From the NCBI RefSeq assembly GCF_001194135.2, contig NC_068982.1, positions 135,588,067-135,650,124 on the forward strand: 62,058 nucleotides of DNA. Direction: 5' to 3'. Shown here in pieces: positions 25,717 to 38,126 of the stretch. Each line of letters starts with the position of its first letter. Position 1 is the first letter of the stretch. The position numbers were made by a program, and so were the translations under genes. The notes under the pieces were generated by a model. That model saw only the letters and a list, made by a program, of their open reading frames with translations. It did no database searches and was not told where the DNA came from. The stretch comes from Octopus bimaculoides. Lineage: Eukaryota.

Positions 25717-27299
25717 ATATATAAACTCATACACAATTCTATGCATATGTTAATACCAAACTCTATTTGTCATCATTCTCTATCATAAATGGTTTATGTT
25801 GTTGCATTGCTTCATTCAATGGCATTTGTATTGAAACCCCAATGATATTAATAATTCGGCCCTTTAATAGTGATCAAACCACTCAGTGCTTTGGCGATAT
25901 GTTTTTGCATTTGCTATATGCTTCATCTTGTTTATACTTCAATCACAAGCATAGCAACATGTACAGCAAACACAAAATACTAAGAAAAGCAGCGTATGAT
26001 GTTCGATTTATATTATTAAACAAATACCATATCAGTATCATTAATAAATATTGATTTATTGAACGTAAACCCCTTTTGTGTTTAACAAATGATATATTCT
26101 CGATTTAGTCGGTCCACTATTTTACTATTACAGGTGTTTAGTTTGTGGACCTTATTTGAATAAATAAGTGAACTTATACTCGATCATATATGAATGTAAA
26201 AATTTAAGGCTATCTATTAGTTACGTTAAAGCTTGCGTCAACAGCTGTTGGAGCTTACACCAACGTTCTTTCCTTTTTTTCCCTGTATACGATATGAATA
26301 CAGTTGGGAATGGATGTCAGTGCGTGAATGTGTCCGTTTTAATGGATCGATGTTTATTTATCTTTGGTTTCTGTGGTATTAAGCGCATGGGAGACATATC
26401 TTCTCGATAAAATGTCAATCTATACATTTCAGACATCATTGGCAGCTGTGAAAATAAACTCGGCAATGAAAAGGATTGAAATACCCGTCGGGTTTGCAGT
26501 TCCACTACAACAATTAACTGCGGGTGATACCCATGATATTGTACTGGGTATAAGTTCGTATGCTGTGTATGCTATTCATTTGATTTGTACCCTACAGAGT
26601 TTTTCATATAAAATATTAACGAGCGTAACGGTTTTGTATATTAAGTAAAAGCAAAAATAGAACAGGTACAGATTATTCACTAGGTGCAGCACTATGATGT
26701 AAGCATTATGAATTCCGCATACTTAAAGTACGAGTGTTTTGCAAACGTCAGAAGCGCTGTTTTTCATCCGCGAAAAATCCCATTACAGACGAATTGTGCT
26801 AAAATCATAATATTATTCAAAGCTGGGTGAAACGAATTTCTATTGCATTATTTAAATATAATATACTTATGAAATGTGGTGGCAAATTAGTAAATAGATT
26901 ATACACTATCTGTATATACATCAGACTAGTCAGTCCGATTTCATTGCGGTGCTGACATGAGAATGTGGCATTGATAAGCTGCATTTACGGTGAAATGCGG
27001 TGTCTGCCACTCTCGTGATCATATCTGTGGCGATTTCGTTTCGCCTGGCACTGGAGTATATTATCTTTTTAGTACTATAGGTTTTTTAAGGATTTTTTTT
27101 TATCGAACACAATGCCCATGTTTCTGGCATTTTCACAACACACATACATGTGGAATTGATAGTATTTATATTATAGAGCTGCTTTTATTGCATAATCTGA
27201 AGATATTCATCCATCCATCCATCCGTCCGTTCGTCCGTCCGTCCGTCCGTCTGTCCGTCTGTCCGTAAATAATGCAAAAGAAGATAAAACTACTTTCAA

Positions 27300-27791
27300 T
27301 AACTGACATAGTTTATTCAAAATGCACATGTTAGTCATGTATCACTTCTACTATTGTAAATCTTCTTCCTGCTCTTCTTCGATGCTCACAAGAAATTGAT
27401 GTAGGTCTGCATGTTGGGTATTAGGATGTGTGGGAGGATGAATGGAGGCATAACGTCACCATCACTAGTGATCACTCAAAACACCATTATGCTGACTGGA
27501 AGTTTGAGTTTTATCACTCTCAGTACATTTCCTCAGATTGCACTGACCTCAGATCGACACCCAAACACTCGGAAATGTTTGTATTGGAGCTTCCGGCGCG
27601 AATGCCGAGCGGTACAGCATGTCGTTTGCCAATTTCTGACAAAATGCGTTGCGACATTGTGCTATTTTTCGCACAGACGGTACCCAGCGGACCCTACTAT
27701 ACTGTGTAGTCGACAAAGTCAAAAGGAAACCATGAGCATGTCAAAAATTTTTAAATATAAAATGGTGACAATCTACCCATCGCATCATGTA
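27300..27791 (-). mobile_element. Internally deleted Tc1/mariner-superfamily element (maT/DD37D-like)
   Basis: From ATG 27657, MSQRILSEIGKRHAVPLGIRAGSSNTNISECLGVDLRSVQ is fused to HPVSIMVF*VITSDGDVMPPFILP; terminal TA at 27790-27791; subfamily assignment is from motif memory. Confidence 0.75.
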
Positions 27792-27954
27792 TATGTATGC
27801 ATACATATGTCTATACATTACACACACACACACACATATTTTTGTACCATGTATATCTGTTTTAGCAATTGGACAGCGATCATGCTAAGGCACCGTTTTA
27901 GACGGTTTATTCGAACAAATCAGTGCGAGGATTTGCTTTTGTTGTAAAGTCTGT

Positions 27955-28203
27955 TACCTGTTCTATCGGTCTCTTTTGCCGGAGTTCTAATTTATAGGGA
28001 CCTAAGCAAACCAACACCTGTTGTCAACCGGTGGTCGGGGACAACACAATACGCACACACTCTACGGGCTTCGTTTAGTATTTGCCTACCAAATCCACTC
28101 ACAAGGCCTTGGTCGAGCCGAGACTATGATAGTAGATACTTGCTCAAGTTTCAGTACGACTGAATCCAAAACCGTGTTGCTGGGAAGTAAACTTCTTACC
28201 ACA
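27955..28203 (-). mobile_element. Older SINE family D copy
   Basis: ctatcggtctcttttgccg and ctaccaaatccactcacaaggc modules. Confidence 0.8.
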
Positions 28204-28234
28204 AATACTAACATACTGTCGTAAATATACTTTT

Positions 28235-28675
28235 TTCCTCTTTTACTCATACTTGCTTCTGTCCTTTGACTTTGGCCATACTGGAGCATCGCCTTTAGTC
28301 GAGCAAATTGACCCCAGGACTTATTCTTTGTAAGCCTAGTACTTTCTAAGCCTAGAATAAGCCTAGTACTTATTCTATCAGTCTCTTTTGCCGAACCGCT
28401 ATCTTACGGAGGCGTAAACACACCAGCATCGGTTGTCAAGCGATGTTAGGGGGACAAACACAGACACACAAACATATACGCACATATATATATATATATA
28501 TATACATATGTACGATGGGCTTCTTTCAGTTTCCGTCTGCCAAATCCACTCACAAGGCTTTGGTCGGCCCGAGGCTATAATAGAAGACACTTGCCCAAGG
28601 TGCCACGCAGTGGGAATGAATCCGGAACCATGCGGTTGGTAAACAAGCTACTTACCACACAGCCACTCCTACGCT
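28235..28675 (-). mobile_element. SINE family D, full length, internal (TA)n and triplicated taagcctag
   Basis: Reverse complement of the copy at 58757-59174; gacacttgcccaaggtgcc CORE-like start. Confidence 0.92.
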
Positions 28676-28746
28676 TACATAGAAATATGCATGCAAACAC
28701 CTATTTCTCCAAATTACACATAGTTATCGGTACACAACCAAATAAA

Positions 28747-29070
28747 GGAGCACTCCGTTGGTTACGACAATGAGGGTCCCAGCTGATACGATCATCGGAA
28801 CAGGTTGCTCGTGAAATTAACGTGCAAGTGGCTGAGCACTCCACAGGCACGTGTACCCTTAGCGTAGTTCTCAGGGAGATTCAGCGTGACACAGAGTGTG
28901 ACAAGGCTGGCCGTTTGAAACACAGATACTACTCACTTTTGCCAGCTGAGTGGACTGGAGCAACGTGAAATAAAGTGTCTTGCTCAAGAACACAACGCAT
29001 CGCCGGGAATTGAGCTCACAACCTTACAATCGCGAGCCGAATACCCCAATCATTAAGCCACGCGCCTTCA
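28747..29070 (-). mobile_element. SINE family C2, full length, perfect 16-bp TSD
   Basis: tacacaaccaaataaa at 28731-28746 and 29071-29086. Confidence 0.95.
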
Positions 29071-29156
29071 TACACAACCAAATAAATACATACGAATACT
29101 TATAAATAATAATTTATATATACATTTACAGGCAAATATAAATACATACATAAATA

Positions 29157-29412
29157 TAGGGTTGGTGCATAATTATTGCGGCTTTTTTTTTTTTGTTTTT
29201 CAACAAATTTTATTCGACAAAAACAATAACATGTAACAAAAACATCTTTAAATGATTATTCCTGAGCATATTCACCATCTATTTCAATTAATGCTTCCCA
29301 TCTCCTTGGCCGACGGTCAGATCAACATTTAAAAATGTTTTTGTTAAATATTATTGTTTTTGTTGAATAAAATTTGTTGAGAAAAAGCCGCAATAATTAT
29401 GCACCAACCCAA
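29157..29412. mobile_element. Mariner-derived MITE with about 90-bp inverted arms and TA TSD
   Basis: Ends gggttggtgcataattattgcggc / gccgcaataattatgcaccaaccc (Hsmar1/MADE1-like TIR); TA at 29155-29156 and 29413-29414; spacer encodes PRRWEALIEIDGEYAQE* on the minus strand. Confidence 0.92.
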
Positions 29413-30109
29413 TATATGCTCATATAAGTAGTGAATTAATTATTCATAAATACATATGTTTACATACACACACACACAGGTACACACACATACACATAAA
29501 TCTTCACTCATAAATCTAAATAGGTTGTTCGGTAGATTGGTTGGTTAAATGCCCTCTTGATATTAGATGGCTTCCGTACAGTTCTATTGATCGACTCTAT
29601 TGCTCATATTAGTGGATATTCTATGTACCGTACATGAATATAAGATTAAGTACCTACATTAGTATTTCCACTTCTAAGCACGAAACGACAAATTAGACAC
29701 TGCTACTATTAAAGACATGAGAGCTGCTCGTTAATTTTTTCTATATTTGCACCTAAATCAATGAAGACAATCGTAAACACTATCAATAAGTATTAAAATC
29801 ATTTCGAATTTTATATGAACGTGGATATACATCATTTGCGTGCATTGATTCCAAGCGAGGTATTTAGTGTGATTTAACGATCAAACAAAACTAATGGCGT
29901 TGTAATGAGTTTGCGCAGTCGCAGTGTTACAATACTTTCAATCTGAAACGTGACTGTAGCTAATTTTGTGGGCGTTTTTGTATGTAGGTTTAGAAATATG
30001 TACATAACAACACATGAATTTGTATATATAAATACATGCGTACCCTGCTCCACCAGCATATAAAATATGAACGCATTCATTTGTATTTATATACACATAC
30101 ACACTCTAC

Positions 30110-30300
30110 CCCTTAATACATACATACATGCATACATACATACCTACATACATATACATACATATATACATACATGAGTGTGCATATATATTTATATATA
30201 TATAAATATAGATACATAGATAGATAAATATAGATGTATAAGTATATATGTATAGATATAGATGTATATGTATATAGATGTGTATAGATATACATGTATA

Positions 30301-30364
<64 letters not shown>

Positions 30365-30470
30365 TAGATAGATAGATAGGTCGATAGATAGATAGGTCGA
30401 TAGATAAATAGATACATACATACATACATAGATAAATATAGATGTATATGTATATATGTATAGATGTATA
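30110..30470. repeat. Compound (TACA)/(TA)/(TAGA) microsatellite
   Basis: Directly visible. Confidence 0.95.
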
Positions 30471-30898
30471 TGATAATAATAAGGATTCTTGTGAAGATCT
30501 AGTACTTGATTGATATGCACTAGGTAGGGTTGAGTTAACCTGTGATCAGTACCTTTAGTCGAATAATTTTCCCTTTAAATATTCAGGTTGTTCACACAGT
30601 GAAAACAAAAACACCTCTATCATTATTTATAGCCTAATGGCTGATCAAAGCACACGTTGTATTGATCATACGTCGCTTGGTATTCTCTCGGATGTCAGAC
30701 GTGTCATGACTCCCTATGGTGCATTATAAGCAAATGAACAGTAACAGATTATCGATGAATGTCAGATCATTACAGCTGTTTCTTACTCATTTTCAATAGT
30801 GAATGAGTACATTACAGCTGTTTCTTACGCATTTTTACTAGATGAGTGAGTACATTATATTATTCACAGTTCCATAAAGGATGTATGTGTGTATATAT

Positions 30899-31020
30899 AT
30901 AGGGAGAATTCACAAAAAAAAATGACGAAGACAGGTGGTGTAGAAAACAAACAGATGTATTTAATATAACGCTCGGGAACTGAAAAGTCTTTAACATCTC
31001 GAGCCTACGCTCTTCAACAT
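30899..31020 (-). mobile_element. Short non-coding repeat with a hammerhead-like stem-II hairpin; putative Penelope-type terminal repeat
   Basis: Minus strand ATGTTGA-A-GAGC-GTAG-GCTC-GAGAT; same architecture as 2169-2192; bounded by (TA)n. Confidence 0.45.
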
Positions 31021-31979
31021 ATATATATATATATANNNNNNNNNNNNNNNNNNNNNNNNNNNNNNNNNNNNNNNNNNNNNNNNNNNNNNNNNNNNNNNNN
31101 NNNNNNNNNNNNNNNNNNNNNNNNNNNNNNNNNNNNNNNNNNNNNNNNNNNNNNNNNNNNNNNNNNNNNNNNNNNNNNNNNNNNNNNNNNNNNNNNNNNN
31201 NNNNNNNNNNNNNNNNNNNNNNNNNNNNNNNNNNNNNNNNNNNNNNNNNNNNNNNNNNNNNNNNNNNNNNNNNNNNNNNNNNNNNNNNNNNNNNNNNNNN
31301 NNNNNNNNNNNNNNNNNNNNNNNNNNNNNNNNNNNNNNNNNNNNNNNNNNNNNNNNNNNNNNNNNNNNNNNNNNNNNNNNNNNNNNNNNNNNNNNNNNNN
31401 NNNNNNNNNNNNNNNNNNNNNNNNNNNNNNNNNNNNNNNNNNNNNNNNNNNNNNNNNNNNNNNNNNNNNNNNNNNNNNNNNNNNNNNNNNNNNNNNNNNN
31501 NNNNNNNNNNNNNNNNNNNNNNNNNNNNNNNNNNNNNNNNNNNNNNNNNNNNNNNNNNNNNNNNNNNNNNNNNNNNNNNNNNNNNNNNNNNNNNNNNNNN
31601 NNNNNNNNNNNNNNNNNNNNNNNNNNNNNNNNNNNNNNNNNNNNNNNNNNNNNNNNNNNNNNNNNNNNNNNNNNNNNNNNNNNNNNNNNNNNNNNNNNNN
31701 NNNNNNNNNNNNNNNNNNNNNNNNNNNNNNNNNNNNNNNNNNNNNNNNNNNNNNNNNNNNNNNNNNNNNNNNNNNNNNNNNNNNNNNNNNNNNNNNNNNN
31801 NNNNNNNNNNNNNNNNNNNNNNNNNNNNNNNNNNNNNNNNNNNNNNNNNNNNNNNNNNNNNNNNNNNNNNNNNNNNNNNNNNNNNNNNNNNNNNNNNNNN
31901 NNNNNNNNNNNNNNNNNNNNNNNNNNNNNNNNNNNNNNNNNNNNNNNNNNNNNNNNNNNNNNNNNNNNNNNNNNNNNNA

Positions 31980-32023
<44 letters not shown>

Positions 32024-33349
32024 ATATACAACAGGCTTCTTTCAGTTTCCATCTGCCGAGGCTATCTCAGAAGTCTTTTTGACGCGCTAACGATTCCACC
32101 AATTCACCGAAAAAGAATAAATTAACACAGTTATATATAAATTAGTGATTAGTCTATTGAGTCTTATATTTAGTCGGTGATAAAGAACGATAGAGAATGA
32201 ACGGCTTACTATTGCTTAAACAGGATTATATAGAGCAAGATAGAAGAAAGAGTGAGAGAGAGAGGAGGAGAGAGAGATGCGGGGAAATGCGTTAAAGCTT
32301 AGTTTGAAGAAAGTAGTAAAATGAGAGCTACAAAAATACTCTATAAAGGAGACGGGAAAAAGTGATGATAATGACAAAAGAGAAACAGAGGAAAAGAAAA
32401 CGAGAAAGACAGCGGGAATTTGATAGGAAAAAGTAGAAAACAAGTTGTAATGAGTCAAAGAGTAAGAGTGAAAACGAAAAAAGAGAGAGCGATTAATAAT
32501 GAATGGATAATTACTGAGGAAGAGGAATAGATATGAGGAAGGTGTGAAGGAAAATAACGGTGTGAAGGAAAATAACGGTGTGAAGGGAAAACAGGAAAGT
32601 ATCGAAAGAAAAGACAGGAAATAAAGCGGTTATGTTGTAAAGAAAATAATTGAAAAATATGCAATTAGGAAAAAGGAGAGAATGATGAATGATTCGGTCA
32701 ATTGAGTAATTATCAGATGTTTATCGTGTGTTGGTTATAATCGTGAAGTAAGATATATATTTCCGGGTGAATGCTATTGTAGTTAATCTATATTCATCTT
32801 CAAATCTGCCTGAACTTATTGAGAATGGATACGTTCTTATTCTAGTCTCACGATTTAATTCAAACCTTTAGCGACGGTGAATTTGATTTATTCAAAAGAA
32901 GAAAGAATTAATGATAGTGGCTCATCAAGGCAAAGATAGGCAAGCACAGAACAGAGACTGGTATATTGGTTTGAATTAAATACAGGCGGTAAGTAACTGG
33001 ATAGTTAAAAAAAGTTGAAGCCATGTTTGTTGCAGGGGAATAAAGTGAATAAACAGTAAGAGGAAACATCATGTCGTAGGGTAGAAGTTGTAATGTGTTA
33101 GAAAGAGAATCCTCATTATCAACCAGAAGTTTTAATTTAGAATATGATCTGGAATGTCTACATGTGTAATAACAGCAGAGTATCAGATGTGGCTCTTATA
33201 TAATGTTTTGTGTAGTGAAACCATCAAGCTGTAACGTTTCAGACAACAGTGATGAGAGAGATGCGTTGCTTACAGCTTCGACTCGTTGAGGGAGTCTTAG
33301 AAATGCTGTCATTAATTCCGGCAAGTTATGGGTATATTTTAGACCCGGT

Positions 33350-33460
33350 GGAGCCCAGCCAGCGGAGCCCAGCCAGCGGAGCCCAACCAGCGGAGCCCAA
33401 CCAGCGGAGCTCAGCCAGCGGAGCCCAGCCAGCGGAGCCCAGCCAGCAGAGCCTACAGCC
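33350..33460. repeat. GC-rich 14-bp minisatellite (GGAGCCCAGCCAGC) x7 plus one degenerate unit
   Basis: Units start at 33350, 33364, 33378, 33392, 33406, 33420 and 33434. Confidence 0.97.
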
Positions 33461-33776
33461 GATTTTTTCCAGAAGAAAGAAATGCAACAGAGTGATAGAA
33501 AGAGAGAAATAGACCCTATTATAGGACAGAGTCAACCGCAAAACGACGAAGAGCGGAGCTGGCTACTGGTTAATTTGAACTCAGAATGCAAGGAAACGAA
33601 ATGATTACCGTAATGGGATCAGTCTAGCAATACTCTGACGGTTGAACTAGTTGGTCGTCGTAGTCAAATTTTAACTGCAGCTGAGCGCTTATGTATCTTG
33701 AAAACCGATGTTTAGAGCAAAAATAGGGAATATTTAAGCCAAAATAACTACAAGATATTTGTAGGTGAAAGCTTCA

Positions 33777-33809
33777 AGAGAGAGAGAGAGTTTGAGAGAA
33801 AGAGAGAGG

Positions 33810-33853
<44 letters not shown>

Positions 33854-34066
33854 GAGAAGAAGGGGGAGAAAGAGATAAAGAGAGAAAGAGAAATAAAGAG
33901 AGAAAGAGAAATAAAGAGGGAAAGAGAAATAAAGAGAGAGAAATAATAACAGGAAGAGAGGAGGAGAGAGAGTGGGAGAGAGAGAGGGAGAGAGAGGGAG
34001 AAATAGAGAGAAGGAGAGAGAGAGTGAGAGAGAGAGAGAGAGTGAGAGAGAGAGAGAGAGAGAGAG
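33777..34066. repeat. About 290-bp polypurine (GA-rich) tract
   Basis: Nearly pyrimidine-free + strand. Confidence 0.95.
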
Positions 34067-34193
34067 GCGTGCGAGTATTGAGAACGAGTATTCTACGTAG
34101 ACACAGACGTTTTTTTTTTCAGAGTGTGGTTGGAATATAGAGAATAGTGGCTTGATAGAAACTATACAGTGCGCTATTCAGTTAGGTCTTCGA

Positions 34194-34516
34194 GAAAGCT
34201 CATGGGTTAGCGGCTAGAGTATTCGGCTCATGATTGCAAAGTCGTTAGTTCGATTCCTGCCGGCGCGTGGTGTCCTAGAGCAAGACACTTTATTTCACGT
34301 TGCTCCAGTCTAACTCAGCTGGCAAAAACGAGATGTACCTATAATTCAAACAGCCAGCTTTTCCCCAATCTCTGTCATGCTGAATCTCCCTGAGAAATAC
34401 GTTAATGATACACGTGTCTGTGGAGTGCTCAGCCACTTGCACGTGAATTTCACGAGCAGGCTGTTCTGTTGATCGGATGAACTAGAACCCTCGTCGTCGT
34501 AGCCGATGGAGTGTCA
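34194..34516 (+). mobile_element. SINE family C2, full length, diverged
   Basis: B-box gttcgattcc, cctagagcaagacacttta module and the family-C 3' body. Confidence 0.9.
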
Positions 34517-35084
34517 GTGTTTCCATCTTTATCATTCATATTCACATCCATACAAGGTCAGGTTTTCTTTTCATTCTTGTTTGTTCAATAAAATAAGTGT
34601 CGACAAGTGGTGGCGTTTATCTAATGGTCTATACACATTTTCGGTGTTTAAGTTTCACTCATATAAAATCAGCCACTTGATTTGAGTCCGAATAGTTTTC
34701 AATTAGAATCTCTTCTGGTTGTTGACTTTGTAATATGAGAAGAAGTCAACTTTTACATAACTTAATGTTAATACTGGAGAAACATGACACTCGTCTGAAG
34801 TATATTTTCATCATGTGTGAAGTATATTTTCATCGTGCTGTGTAGTATTTAATATAGTCAAAACCACACGTATTTGCCACAGAGATATGTTAAATAACGT
34901 TTGGAAAGAAATATTAATCAAAATGAGACTATTGGGCGCAGCTGTTTGGACGTTGATGATTCGACGAGGTTGATTGGACATTAAGCCTGTTTTTGGCTGC
35001 ATTACTTTTTGGCGCTGGAGGCAAAGCTGTACGCGCACACAAACGCACGTACACACCCTAATACACATGCGTATGTACATACAT

Positions 35085-35137
<53 letters not shown>

Positions 35138-35444
35138 GACAGATGAATGCACGAGCAAAAATATAGCCATCCAGATAAAATTGAGAGTAAGAAGGCAAGT
35201 GAGAGGAGGAACGGAGAAAGAGGGAGAGGGAGGGAGATGGAAAAAGGGAGAGAGGTGGGGCGAGTGAGAAAGGTAGAAAGAAAGATAAAGAGGAAGAGGG
35301 GAACGAGAAAATGATTTTAAATGAGAGGAACACTGAGACGTGAGGAACTTTAAAGTGTCTGGAATTAGATCTGCCTGCCTGTCTGTTTGTGTAGTATTAA
35401 TTCTTTGGATAAATGTTAAATTATTCTTATTATAACCGGACAGT

Positions 35445-35724
35445 GGATGCGCAATGGCCCAGTGGTTAGGGCAGCGGACTCACGGTCATAGGATCGCGGT
35501 TTCGATTCCCAGACCGGGCGTTGTGAGTGTTTATTGAGCGAAAACACCTAAAGATCCACGTGGCTCCGACAGGGGATGGTGGTGAACCCTGCTGTACTCT
35601 TTCACCACAACTTTCTCTCACTCTTACTTCCTGTTTCTGTTGTACCAGTATTTCAAAGGGCCAGCCTTGTCATACTGTGTCACGCTGAATATCCCCGAGA
35701 ACTACGCTAAGGGTACACGTGTCT
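35445..35724 (+). mobile_element. SINE family C1 with intact tRNA-like head; 3' end in a gap
   Basis: A-box tggcccagtggttag and B-box ggtttcgattccc; matches the reverse complement of 42641-42944. Confidence 0.92.
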
Positions 35725-36397
35725 NNNNNNNNNNNNNNNNNNNNNNNNNNNNNNNNNNNNNNNNNNNNNNNNNNNNNNNNNNNNNNNNNNNNNNNNNNNN
35801 NNNNNNNNNNNNNNNNNNNNNNNNNNNNNNNNNNNNNNNNNNNNNNNNNNNNNNNNNNNNNNNNNNNNNNNNNNNNNNNNNNNNNNNNNNNNNNNNNNNN
35901 NNNNNNNNNNNNNNNNNNNNNNNNNNNNNNNNNNNNNNNNNNNNNNNNNNNNNNNNNNNNNNNNNNNNNNNNNNNNNNNNNNNNNNNNNNNNNNNNNNNN
36001 NNNNNNNNNNNNNNNNNNNNNNNNNNNNNNNNNNNNNNNNNNNNNNNNNNNNNNNNNNNNNNNNNNNNNNNNNNNNNNNNNNNNNNNNNNNNNNNNNNNN
36101 NNNNNNNNNNNNNNNNNNNNNNNNNNNNNNNNNNNNNNNNNNNNNNNNNNNNNNNNNNNNNNNNNNNNNNNNNNNNNNNNNNNNNNNNNNNNNNNNNNNN
36201 NNNNNNNNNNNNNNNNNNNNNNNNNNNNNNNNNNNNNNNNNNNNNNNNNNNNNNNNNNNNNNNNNNNNNNNNNNNNNNNNNNNNNNNNNNNNNNNNNNNN
36301 NNNNNNNNNNNNNNNNNNNNNNNNNNNNNNNNNNNNNNNNNNNNNNNNNNNNNNNNNNNNNNNNNNNNNNNNNNNNNNNNNNNNNNNNNNNNNNNNN

Positions 36398-36488
<91 letters not shown>

Positions 36489-37181
36489 TTGTGTGTGTGT
36501 CTGAGAGTTCGTGTATCTGTATATGTGTACACGGCTGTGTACGAAATTTTAGGACTTACATAGTTCGAGAACGTTCCAGAAACATCTTTTGTTCGTTAGC
36601 ACATGTACGTTATATTTCACCGAATTGAATTTCAAATCATTTTCCTTTGTGTTTGCTTCCTAAATACAGGAAATAGATCTCTAATATCATAACAATTCGG
36701 TATTCGTTTCTCCTCCGAATGAACGCTTGAAGCCAATATACCGCACTGAAAGATAATTATTTTTCAAATTTCTTCTATCATCAAATATTATTAATTTGGA
36801 AAATTCCATTTGCTTAAGCCCAATAAATGGAAATTAAGATGCATGATTTACACACTGGATTCCTTAATTGTTCAAGTTTAATGAATAAATAGCTTCCTGT
36901 TTGTTCAGTTCTCACAGATGTTAGGATATCAGAGGATCAATCCGATACACTCTTACTGTTAATAAATCTTACATAGGCGTTGTGTAATTTCTTGCATGAT
37001 TTCTGTTTGTGTGTGTGTAGGTATGTGTGTATGTATGTGTGTATGTCTGTATGTATATATGTATGTGTGTGCGTTCGTGCGTGTGTGTGCGTGTGCGTAT
37101 GTCTGTATGTGTATATCCGTGTGTGTATTGGAACGTCTGTAGACATATTAACACAGATACACACACACACACACACACACA

Positions 37182-37229
<48 letters not shown>

Positions 37230-38001
37230 NNNNNNNNNNNNNNNNNNNNNNNNNNNNNNNNNNNNNNNNNNNNNNNNNNNNNNNNNNNNNNNNNNNNNNN
37301 NNNNNNNNNNNNNNNNNNNNNNNNNNNNNNNNNNNNNNNNNNNNNNNNNNNNNNNNNNNNNNNNNNNNNNNNNNNNNNNNNNNNNNNNNNNNNNNNNNNN
37401 NNNNNNNNNNNNNNNNNNNNNNNNNNNNNNNNNNNNNNNNNNNNNNNNNNNNNNNNNNNNNNNNNNNNNNNNNNNNNNNNNNNNNNNNNNNNNNNNNNNN
37501 NNNNNNNNNNNNNNNNNNNNNNNNNNNNNNNNNNNNNNNNNNNNNNNNNNNNNNNNNNNNNNNNNNNNNNNNNNNNNNNNNNNNNNNNNNNNNNNNNNNN
37601 NNNNNNNNNNNNNNNNNNNNNNNNNNNNNNNNNNNNNNNNNNNNNNNNNNNNNNNNNNNNNNNNNNNNNNNNNNNNNNNNNNNNNNNNNNNNNNNNNNNN
37701 NNNNNNNNNNNNNNNNNNNNNNNNNNNNNNNNNNNNNNNNNNNNNNNNNNNNNNNNNNNNNNNNNNNNNNNNNNNNNNNNNNNNNNNNNNNNNNNNNNNN
37801 NNNNNNNNNNNNNNNNNNNNNNNNNNNNNNNNNNNNNNNNNNNNNNNNNNNNNNNNNNNNNNNNNNNNNNNNNNNNNNNNNNNNNNNNNNNNNNNNNNNN
37901 NNNNNNNNNNNNNNNNNNNNNNNNNNNNNNNNNNNNNNNNNNNNNNNNNNNNNNNNNNNNNNNNNNNNNNNNNNNNNNNNNNNNNNNNNNNNNNNNNNNN
38001 N

Positions 38002-38050
38002 TGCTCAAGGACACAACGCATTGCCGGGAATCGAACTCACGACCTTACGG
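38002..38050 (-). mobile_element. Head fragment of a family-C2 SINE next to a gap
   Basis: tgctcaaggacacaacgcattgccgggaatcgaactcac, as at 28981-29020. Confidence 0.75.
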
Positions 38051-38058
38051 CATACATA

Positions 38059-38126
<68 letters not shown>

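Noticed and set aside
33249-33541. ORFs with AQPAEP repeats
   Set aside because: They arise from the 14-bp minisatellite; the non-triplet period argues against coding
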